DNA of 8,689 bases from an uncultured Vicingus sp. (lineage in GTDB: Bacteria > Bacteroidota > Bacteroidia > Flavobacteriales_E > Vicingaceae): contig CAYRAD010000003.1 of NCBI GenBank assembly GCA_964422135.1, positions 15,973 to 24,661 of the forward strand, read 5' to 3'. The first letter of the stretch is position 1; each line of letters begins with the position of its first letter. Shown here piece by piece: positions 1 through 6,098 of the stretch. Both the position numbers and the translations under genes were made by a program. The notes under the pieces were generated by a model. The model did no database searches and was not told the DNA's origin. It was given only the letters and a program-made list of their open reading frames with translations.

Positions 1-1172
1 ACATAGCAATAATTGGTCTTGGTGTTACCAAGTTTGGAGAACTTTTTAATCAAAGTTATGAAGACTTAGTTAGAGATGCCGCAACTCAAGCTGTTAAAGA
101 TGCAGGAATTGGATTAGATGAAGTACAAGGCGCATGGCTGTCAACTGCTTTTCCAGAGATAGGAGTTTTTAAAGGAAGGAGTGGAATGGATTTAGTTGAA
201 CCACTTAACCTCTATGGAATCCCGGTAACAAGAGTTTCTAACTTTTGTGCTTCAGGAGCTGATGCCATAAGAAATGCTGCCAATGCTTTAGCTGCTGGTG
301 AATGTGATGTGGCAATGGCATTAGGTGTAGAAAAATTAAGAGACCGTTCTCCGCAAGATAGTATTGTTAAGATGATGGTTGAATTGTCTCATCCTTATTA
401 TCAAAAAGGATTTACTGCAGCAGGAACTTTTGCAGTTTACGCCAAAAGAATGATGCATGAATTTGGTTTAACAAAAGAAGATATAGCCAATGTTTCAGTG
501 AAAAATCACCTTCATGGAACATTAAACGAAAAAGCACACCACAGGATAGCTTGCACAATGGAACAAGTTATGAGTTCACCAATGGTTGCAGATCCATTAA
601 CGGTGATGGATAGTTGTCCTACAACTGATGGAGCAGCTTGTGTAATTATGGTTCGAGCAGAAGATGTTGACAAGGCAAAACACAATCCTGTTTTTGTTGA
701 TGGAATTGGTTTATCAGTTTCAACAGGATGGGATTTACCATTTTTTGACCCTAAATGCGATTTTCTTTCTTTCCAAGCGACAAAAGATGCCGCAGCTATG
801 GCCTATAAACAAGCAGGAATTACCAAACCAATTGATGAAATAGATTTGGTTGAGGTGCACGATTGTTTCTCGATAGTTGAATTGTTGACTTACGAAGATT
901 TAGGATTATGTAAGCCAGGTGAGGCGAAAGATATGATTAGAGGAAAGTCAACTCAGTTTGGTGGCGAAATTCCGGTAAATGTAAGTGGAGGATTGCTTTC
1001 ATGTGGCCATCCAGTTGGTGCAACAGGAGTAAGAATGGTTGTTGAAATTGCCAATCATCTGAGAGGAACTGCTGGAGAACGACAAGTAAAAGGAGCCAAA
1101 AGAGGCATCTCACATAATATCGGTGGTCCAGGAGCAATTGCTTCTGTAATAATATTAAATAATGAAAATTAA
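1..1172 (+). CDS. SCP2/SCPx-type thiolase (acyl-CoA C-acyltransferase), 5'-partial
   Basis: The frame is open from nt 3 and reads IAIIGLGVTKFGELFNQSYEDLVRDAATQAVKDAG, the canonical thiolase N-terminal strand. The Met at 186 in the ORF track is therefore internal and the real start is upstream of the window. The nucleophile Cys sits in VSNFCASGADAI (tgt 246-248). An HDCF motif (858-869) replaces NEAF, as in SCP2-type thiolases. GGLLSCGHPVGATG is the thiolase C-terminal signature, and there is no CxG cysteine near the C-terminus, again SCP2-like. Stop is TAA 1170-1172. Confidence 0.9.
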   Translation, partial: IAIIGLGVTKFGELFNQSYEDLVRDAATQAVKDAGIGLDEVQGAWLSTAFPEIGVFKGRSGMDLVEPLNLYGIPVTRVSNFCASGADAIRNAANALAAGECDVAMALGVEKLRDRSPQDSIVKMMVELSHPYYQKGFTAAGTFAVYAKRMMHEFGLTKEDIANVSVKNHLHGTLNEKAHHRIACTMEQVMSSPMVADPLTVMDSCPTTDGAACVIMVRAEDVDKAKHNPVFVDGIGLSVSTGWDLPFFDPKCDFLSFQATKDAAAMAYKQAGITKPIDEIDLVEVHDCFSIVELLTYEDLGLCKPGEAKDMIRGKSTQFGGEIPVNVSGGLLSCGHPVGATGVRMVVEIANHLRGTAGERQVKGAKRGISHNIGGPGAIASVIILNNEN

Positions 1173-1174
1173 AA

Positions 1175-2167
1175 ATGGATAACATGATAAATCAACAAAC
1201 ATTCAAATTAGCAATTATCCTATTGCTTTCTTTCGTTTCAACTTTAGGTTATTCTCAAGTTGCCACTGAGAATAGTAGCGAATCAACTACGCCTTCAGTA
1301 AATTCTGATATCGGAAATACAGAAACCAGGCATATATTTAAAAGAAAAGGAAATTTATATTTCTATTGGGGTTATCCTAAAGCTTATTATAGCCACAGTG
1401 ATATTAGTTTTACTGGTGATATATATGATTTTACTATTACTGATATAATGGCTACGGATGATTCTTACAAGCATGATTTTACTACTTATATTAATCCTGG
1501 AACATTCAGTATTCCAATGTATAACTGGAGATTGGGTTATTTTATTAATGACAAAACATTTATCACTTTTGGTCAGGATCACATGAAATATGAAATGAAG
1601 AAACAAGCAACATACCTTACTGGAGAAATTAGAAGTGGGGAATTTGAAGGAGTTTATGATCACACAATGGTAGTTGTTGGAGAAGATTCTAATGAAGAAA
1701 TTCTTCATACTGATTATTTAGATTCTTTACCAGGTGAATTTGTTGCAGAGTTTGAACATTGTGATGGATTAAATGATTTCGGATTTGAAATAGGTAGATT
1801 GGAGCAACTATGGATTTCAAAGAATTTGAAAAATGCGCTTTCAGTACAGGGTACTTTTGGCATGGGGATGATGATTCCGGATTCAGAAGTAGAAATAATT
1901 GAGCGTAAACCAAAACATAATAACGCAGAAGGAAGAAAATCATTTCATCTAGCAGGATACAGTTTTTCAGCAAGTATTGGAATGCAATTTGATTTTTTTA
2001 AGCACTTATTTATATTGGGAAAACTGAAAGCTGGATATATAAATTTACCTGATATCCTTACTTCTTTGGAGGGAGGAACTGCAAGCCAGCATTTTAATTT
2101 TCTAGAACCTAGTCTTGTAGTTGGTTATTCTGGGTCTATTAGTAGAAAGAAAAAAGAAAAAAAATAA
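1175..2167 (+). CDS. Secreted hypothetical protein, possible outer-membrane beta-barrel; family not recognised
   Basis: ATG 1175 lies 2 nt after the thiolase stop (alternative ATG at 1184). The N-terminus KLAIILLLSFVSTLGYSQ looks like a Sec signal peptide without a lipobox Cys. The mature part is rich in Tyr/Phe/Trp/Gly, with alternating-hydrophobic stretches (LYFYWGY, YNWRLGYFI, FHLAGYSFSASIGMQFDFF, LFILGKLKAGYI, SLVVGYSGSI) that suggest amphipathic beta strands. It ends in a Lys-rich tail, RKKKEKK, rather than a terminal aromatic residue. Function is an inference only. Confidence 0.65.
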   Translation: MDNMINQQTFKLAIILLLSFVSTLGYSQVATENSSESTTPSVNSDIGNTETRHIFKRKGNLYFYWGYPKAYYSHSDISFTGDIYDFTITDIMATDDSYKHDFTTYINPGTFSIPMYNWRLGYFINDKTFITFGQDHMKYEMKKQATYLTGEIRSGEFEGVYDHTMVVVGEDSNEEILHTDYLDSLPGEFVAEFEHCDGLNDFGFEIGRLEQLWISKNLKNALSVQGTFGMGMMIPDSEVEIIERKPKHNNAEGRKSFHLAGYSFSASIGMQFDFFKHLFILGKLKAGYINLPDILTSLEGGTASQHFNFLEPSLVVGYSGSISRKKKEKK

Positions 2168-2188
2168 ACGTGAATTCTTAATTTAAAA

Positions 2189-2707
2189 GTGAGTACAGTA
2201 GTAAAAATAGAAAACATCGCATCTCAGGTGTTATTTGTGAGAAGTGAAAAAGTATTGCTTGATTTTCATTTAGCTAAGTTATATGAAGTAGAAACGCGTG
2301 CCTTAAAACAGCAAATTCGTAGGAATATAGAAAGATTTCCTGAAGATTTTATGTTTCAATTAACTAAACCTGAATGGCAGGAGCTCATCACAAATTGTGA
2401 TAACCTTAGTCAGTTTAAGTTTTCACCTTCACTTCCTTTTGCTTTAACCGAACAAGGAATTGCAATGCTGTCAAGTGTTTTGAGGAGTAAAAAAGCAATT
2501 GAAGTGAATATCGCGATAATGAGAACATTTGTTCAGCTCAGAAAATTAATGAGTACAAATGAAGAACTCGCAAACAAAATTGAAAGATTAGAGACAAAAT
2601 ATGATGAGCAATTTCAAATTGTATTTAACGCAATAAAGAAATTAATACATCAGGAAAATAAACCAAGAAAAGAAATAGGTTATAAAACTAACAAGAAACA
2701 GAAATAA
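2189..2707 (+). CDS. ORF6N-domain (KilA-N-related) DNA-binding protein
   Basis: GTG 2189 is the only plausible initiator. The frame opens after TGA 2171-2173, and the first in-frame ATG is deep inside the conserved domain. VLLDFHLAKLYEVETRALKQQIRRNIERFPEDFMFQLT and LPFALTEQGIAMLSSVLRSKKAIEVNIAIMRTFVQLR match the ORF6N consensus as I remember it (VMLDxDLAxLYGVxTxxLNxxVKRNxxRFPxDFMFQLT ... AFTEQGVAMLSxVLxS). The C-terminal tail is charged and coiled-coil-like. Confidence 0.82.
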   Translation: MSTVVKIENIASQVLFVRSEKVLLDFHLAKLYEVETRALKQQIRRNIERFPEDFMFQLTKPEWQELITNCDNLSQFKFSPSLPFALTEQGIAMLSSVLRSKKAIEVNIAIMRTFVQLRKLMSTNEELANKIERLETKYDEQFQIVFNAIKKLIHQENKPRKEIGYKTNKKQK

Positions 2708-2710
2708 GAA

Positions 2711-2738
2711 TTCTGAACTCAACATTCTGAATTCAAAA
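2711..2738 (+). repeat. Tandem 14-bp imperfect direct repeat carrying GAATTC-centred palindromes
   Basis: TTCTGAACTCAACA (2711-2724) and TTCTGAATTCAAAA (2725-2738) share 12 of 14 positions. They overlap the 8-bp palindromes AGAATTCT (2707-2714) and TGAATTCA (2728-2735). A third TGAATTC lies at 2171-2177, on the other side of the ORF6N gene. Confidence 0.6.
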
Positions 2739-2748
2739 TCATATAAAA

Positions 2749-3132
2749 ATGAAAGTATTATTAAGTAAACCAGGATTAGACGGACATGATGTAGGTGTTA
2801 AAGTACTTGCTCACGGTTTAATTGAAGCTGGATATGAAGTTGTTTATACAGGATTAAGAAAATCTATTGAAGATATTGTTCGAATGGCAATAGAAAATAA
2901 AGTAGATACCATTGGTCTTTCTATTCTCTCAGGAACACATTTAGTGTTAGCTCAAAAGATGAAAGAAGTAATGGATGAAAATAAGTTAAATATACCTTGG
3001 TTTGTTGGAGGAAATATTCCAGCACAGGATGTGGAGAAATTAGAAGCGATTGGTGCTTCAAAAGCATTTCCAACAAGTACAAAGGTGGATGAAGTTGTAG
3101 AATATTTTAATACTGTTATGATAAAAAATTAG
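2749..3132 (+). CDS. Coenzyme-B12-binding small subunit of a split acyl-CoA mutase
   Basis: The DxHxxG base-off/His-on motif is present as LDGHDVG (2779-2796). The SxL motif is in GLSILSG and the GG motif in FVGGNIP. The length (127 aa) fits a flavodoxin-like fold, and the overall pattern KPGLDGHDxGxKV...GYEVVYTGLRxSxEDIV matches methylmalonyl-CoA-mutase C-terminal domains and IcmB/HcmB-like small subunits. Confidence 0.92.
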   Translation: MKVLLSKPGLDGHDVGVKVLAHGLIEAGYEVVYTGLRKSIEDIVRMAIENKVDTIGLSILSGTHLVLAQKMKEVMDENKLNIPWFVGGNIPAQDVEKLEAIGASKAFPTSTKVDEVVEYFNTVMIKN

Positions 3133-3151
3133 AACACAGATAACGCAGATG

Positions 3152-3185
3152 AATATGATTTATTAAGATAGAATTAAATCATATT
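3152..3185 (+). promoter_or_regulatory. AT-rich hairpin between the mutase small and large subunit genes (possible attenuator, processing site or operator)
   Basis: AATATGATTTA (3152-3162) is the exact reverse complement of TAAATCATATT (3175-3185). The loop is 12 nt and TT-A-T follows the stem. Only one G:C pair is present, so it would be weak as an intrinsic terminator. A five-codon mini-ORF, ATG AAT ATG ATT TAT TAA (3149-3166), overlaps the 5' arm. Confidence 0.3.
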
Positions 3186-3227
3186 TTATCATAACAATCA
3201 GTGTTCCATAAATAATTTAGAAAGAAA

Positions 3228-4856
3228 ATGAGTACAACAAAAAATAAAACAAAGATTACAGCCGAAGATTTAGGTGTTAAAAAAGTTCACCTTGAATCAG
3301 GTATTGAAGTAGATCCTATTTATACGGCCGCTAATGTGGAAAATTCTAATAGCAAACACGAAATGCCCGGAGAATATCCTTTTACAAGAGGAATCCATAA
3401 TACGATGTATCGTAAAAGACCTTTTACCATTCGTCAGTATGCGGGGTTTGCCTCTCCTGAAGAAACCAATGAACGTTTTCAGTTTTTAATTGCCAACGGA
3501 CAATCAGGTTTAAATGTGGCCTTTGATTTACCTACTCAATGTGGATTGGATTCCGATGATCCAAGAGCTATGGGTGAAGTTGGTAGGGTTGGGATGACAG
3601 TAGATACATTAGATGATTTTGAAATTGCCTTTAAAAATATTGATTTAGATAAAATTACCGTTTCATTAACCATTAATGGCTCTGCAATTATTGCAATTGC
3701 CATGTATGTAGCTATGGCAGAAAAAGCAGGGTACGATATTAGTAAGTTAAGAGGAACAGCTCAAAATGATATTTTAAAAGAATTTATTGGTCGTGGAACC
3801 TGGATTTTTCCAGTTGATAAATCAGTAAAATTGGTTGTTGATACCATAGAATATTGTGCACAACATGTACCTAAATATAGTCCGGTTAGTGTTTGCGGAT
3901 ATCACATCAGAGAAAGTGGTGCTAACCCAATACAAGAAATGGCATATGCCTTTTGTATTGCAAAAGCTTATACTGATGGTGCATTAAGCAGAGGAATTGA
4001 CATTGATGATTTTGCATCTAGATTATCGTTTAACTTCGATATTTATGGAAATCTATTTGAACAAATTGCTAAGTTTAGAGGAGGAAGAAGATTATGGGCA
4101 AAAATAATTAGAGAAGAATATGGAGCTAAAAATGATAAATCATGTTGGTTAAGAATGATTGCCGGTGGTGGTGGAGGTGGATTAACCAAAGAACAACCAG
4201 AAAATAACATAATAAGAAGTGCCTATTATGCATTGATTAGTGCGTTATCAGGAACACAAACTATGGCTTTATGCAGCTATGATGAAGCCTACACTATTCC
4301 AACAGAACATTCTGCAGAAATCTCTTTAAGAACCATGCAAATAATGATTCATGAAATGGGAATTTGTGATACTGTTGACCCTTTAGGAGGTTCTTATTAT
4401 GTAGAATCGTTGACCGATACTTTTGAAGAGAAGATTAAGGAAGAAATGAAAACGGTAGATGAGTGGGGAGGAATTGTAAATGCAGTAGCAACTGGAAAAA
4501 TTCAAGAATCTGTTTCTAAGCAAGCATATACCAGAGAGATGGGAATGCAAGCAGGAGATGTAGATAAAGTTGGAGTAAACATTTTTACAAGAGAAGAAGA
4601 AAGTAAAGAAGTAGAATTTCATCCATACAATCAAGAGGCTGCTGACAAACAAGTTGAGAAGTTAAAACGAATTAAAGCTTCTAGAAACAATGATTTAGTA
4701 AAACAAAAACTGGATGCAATTAGAAAGGATGCTGAGGAAGATAAAAACCTAATGCCTTCAATAATAGAAGCAGTAAAAGAATATGCAACAGTTGGAGAGA
4801 TAGTACAAGTGATGAAAGATGTTTATGGTGAATTTGAAGAGCCAATTTTTTTTTAA
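3228..4856 (+). CDS. Acyl-CoA mutase large (substrate-binding TIM-barrel) subunit, methylmalonyl-CoA mutase family, divergent
   Basis: YPFTRGIHNTMYRKRPFTIRQYAGF, GLNVAFDLPTQ, GTAQNDILKEFIGRGTWIFP, GYHIRESGA, NNIIRSAYYAL and SYDEAYTIPTE align with MCM-family large subunits, most like the split archaeal type. The carboxylate-contacting pair of MCM is retained: the Tyr89 equivalent is Y71 (tat 3438-3440) and the Arg207 equivalent is R189 (cgt 3792-3794). YH (Y225-H226) is also retained. The normally conserved RxHxQT(S/A)GxSLT segment reads RMIAGGGGGGLT (4149-4187). Confidence 0.92.
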   Translation: MSTTKNKTKITAEDLGVKKVHLESGIEVDPIYTAANVENSNSKHEMPGEYPFTRGIHNTMYRKRPFTIRQYAGFASPEETNERFQFLIANGQSGLNVAFDLPTQCGLDSDDPRAMGEVGRVGMTVDTLDDFEIAFKNIDLDKITVSLTINGSAIIAIAMYVAMAEKAGYDISKLRGTAQNDILKEFIGRGTWIFPVDKSVKLVVDTIEYCAQHVPKYSPVSVCGYHIRESGANPIQEMAYAFCIAKAYTDGALSRGIDIDDFASRLSFNFDIYGNLFEQIAKFRGGRRLWAKIIREEYGAKNDKSCWLRMIAGGGGGGLTKEQPENNIIRSAYYALISALSGTQTMALCSYDEAYTIPTEHSAEISLRTMQIMIHEMGICDTVDPLGGSYYVESLTDTFEEKIKEEMKTVDEWGGIVNAVATGKIQESVSKQAYTREMGMQAGDVDKVGVNIFTREEESKEVEFHPYNQEAADKQVEKLKRIKASRNNDLVKQKLDAIRKDAEEDKNLMPSIIEAVKEYATVGEIVQVMKDVYGEFEEPIFF

Positions 4857-4861
4857 AATAA

Positions 4862-4908
4862 GCTATTAGCCTTTTGCTATTGGCTGCTAAGAGCTAAAGG
4901 CTAATCGC
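4862..4908 (+). repeat. Imperfect 13-bp inverted repeat (stem-loop) in the mutase/CoA-transferase intergenic region
   Basis: GCTATTAGCCTTT (4862-4874) pairs with AAAGGCTAATCGC (4896-4908) with one mismatch, and the loop is 21 nt. The loop contains a near copy of the left arm (GCTATTGGCT, 4876-4885). An alternative pairing exists between CTTTTG (4871-4876) and CAAAAG (4909-4914). The region is richer in G+C than the flanks and has no downstream T-tract. Confidence 0.5.
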
Positions 4909-4922
4909 CAAAAGTTAGATAA

Positions 4923-6098
4923 ATGACAAAACAAAAAACCATATTAGCTCTCGAGCAAGCATTAACGTTACCTTATGCAACAGAACGTTTTGCTCAGTTA
5001 GGTTGGAGGGTAATTCGTATAGAAACTTCTGGTAAACCCGGACAAAAAAGTCCTGGTGACCCAAATAGATATATTGGTGAAGATACTGGTGTGGATGATT
5101 TGCATGCTTATTTTATGGCTCCTAATTTAGGAAAGGAAGCCATAACTTTAAACTTAAAAGATACCAATGATCAACAGGTGCTAAAGCAGATCATCAAAGA
5201 ATTGGAAGTAGATGTGTTTATGTGTAATACACTTCCTAAACGTTACCAACAATTTGGAATTGATTACGATATTTTAAAAGAAGCGAATCCTGCATTGATA
5301 TGGTGTGGAATTTCTGCTTTCGGACCTGATTATCCTGATAGAGCTGGTTATGATCCAGCATTACAAGCCATGTTAGGTTATATGCATTTAACAGGAGAAC
5401 CAGATAGAGATCCTATGCTTTGTGGTTTGCCACTAATAGATTTAAAAGCTGGTGACGAAGCTTTTGCCCAAGTTCTCTTAGCAATGTTAGAACAAAAAGA
5501 AACAGGAAAAGGAAAACGAATTGATATTTCTATGGCACAATGTGCTACTTCGTGGTTAATTACAGCTTTACCTCAAACCCAGTTTGCTGAAGATGTTTCT
5601 AAATTATTTACAAGGAGTGGAAATGAACACAGAAGTTTTGTGCCATCTAACTGCTACCCTACAAAAGATGGCTATGTGTATTTGGCTGTTGGTAGTGATT
5701 CGCAATGGCAAAAAGTAACGGAGATTGAAGGTTTTGAGCATTGTGCTAAAGAGAATAGAACAACAAACAATGGAAGAAAATTAGATAAAGAGAACGTTTA
5801 TGCGGATATCCGAAAAGGCTTGGAAAATTATACAACAACTGAATTTATTGAAGTCTGTTTATCTCTTGGTTTAGCTGTTGCTCCAGTTAACGATGTAAAA
5901 CAAGTTGGAGAATTAGATTTCATTAAAAAGCTGATGGTAAAAACAGTATTGCCAAATGGTGAGGAGGTGATGTTATTTCCAGCACCAATGGATACGGATT
6001 ATCTAAAAGAAAGAAACAATGTAATGAGTTTGCCTCCACGATTAGGAGAGCACAACGATAAAGTGTTTAAAGAAGCAGGGATAATTGATCAAGATTAA
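4923..6098 (+). CDS. Family III CoA-transferase (CaiB/BaiF/AMACR superfamily)
   Basis: The N-terminal ILALEQALTLPYATERFAQLGWRVIRIE...GDPNR corresponds to the VLDLSxxxAGPxAxxxLADLGAxVIKVE...GDxxR motif. The central GISAFGPDYPDRAGYDPALQAMLGYMHLTGEPDRDP...IDLKAGDEAF contains the conserved Asp-x3-Gly position of the catalytic aspartate. The length (391 aa) is typical. The stop overlaps the next start (TAATG, 6096-6100). Confidence 0.9.
   Translation: MTKQKTILALEQALTLPYATERFAQLGWRVIRIETSGKPGQKSPGDPNRYIGEDTGVDDLHAYFMAPNLGKEAITLNLKDTNDQQVLKQIIKELEVDVFMCNTLPKRYQQFGIDYDILKEANPALIWCGISAFGPDYPDRAGYDPALQAMLGYMHLTGEPDRDPMLCGLPLIDLKAGDEAFAQVLLAMLEQKETGKGKRIDISMAQCATSWLITALPQTQFAEDVSKLFTRSGNEHRSFVPSNCYPTKDGYVYLAVGSDSQWQKVTEIEGFEHCAKENRTTNNGRKLDKENVYADIRKGLENYTTTEFIEVCLSLGLAVAPVNDVKQVGELDFIKKLMVKTVLPNGEEVMLFPAPMDTDYLKERNNVMSLPPRLGEHNDKVFKEAGIIDQD

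Noticed and set aside
186-188. The ATG at 186, given by the ORF track as the thiolase start.
   Set aside because: The same frame is open back to nt 3 and encodes the conserved thiolase N-terminus (IAIIGLGVTKFGE...). The Met at 186 is therefore internal.
937-1185. An 82-aa minus-strand ORF.
   Set aside because: It lies antisense within the well-supported thiolase CDS. The product is leucine/glutamine-rich low-complexity sequence with no recognisable motif, as expected by chance in AT-rich DNA.
1355-1973. Two overlapping minus-strand ORFs (117 aa and 94 aa).
   Set aside because: Both are antisense to the signal-peptide protein gene. The products are Ile/Phe/Asn-rich with no motifs and no plausible start context, and they break the uniform + strand operon.
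2146-2164. An A-rich tract (an A8 run at 2157-2164) at the 3' end of the signal-peptide protein gene, considered as a slipped-strand phase-variation site.
   Set aside because: It lies in the last few codons before the stop. A slip would alter only the lysine-rich tail, so it cannot work as an on/off switch.
3213-3220. TAATTTAG, which resembles the Bacteroidetes -7 promoter element TAnnTTTG.
   Set aside because: It has one mismatch. The only upstream TTTG-like element (TTTT, 3184-3187) is about 25 nt away rather than about 19-21 nt, and such strings are common in AT-rich DNA.
3133-3227. A possible cobalamin riboswitch ahead of the B12-dependent mutase large subunit.
   Set aside because: The 95-nt spacer is far too short and AT-rich. 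No GC-rich B12-box-like core or multi-helix architecture is visible.
4164-4181. The GGT/GGA trinucleotide run, considered as a contingency repeat.
   Set aside because: It has only three perfect GGT units, and any slippage would be in frame. Its interest lies in the encoded glycines, which are reported as a finding, not in repeat instability.
4383-4652. An 89-aa minus-strand ORF.
   Set aside because: It is antisense inside the conserved mutase large-subunit CDS, and the product is Phe/Leu/Ser-rich low-complexity sequence.
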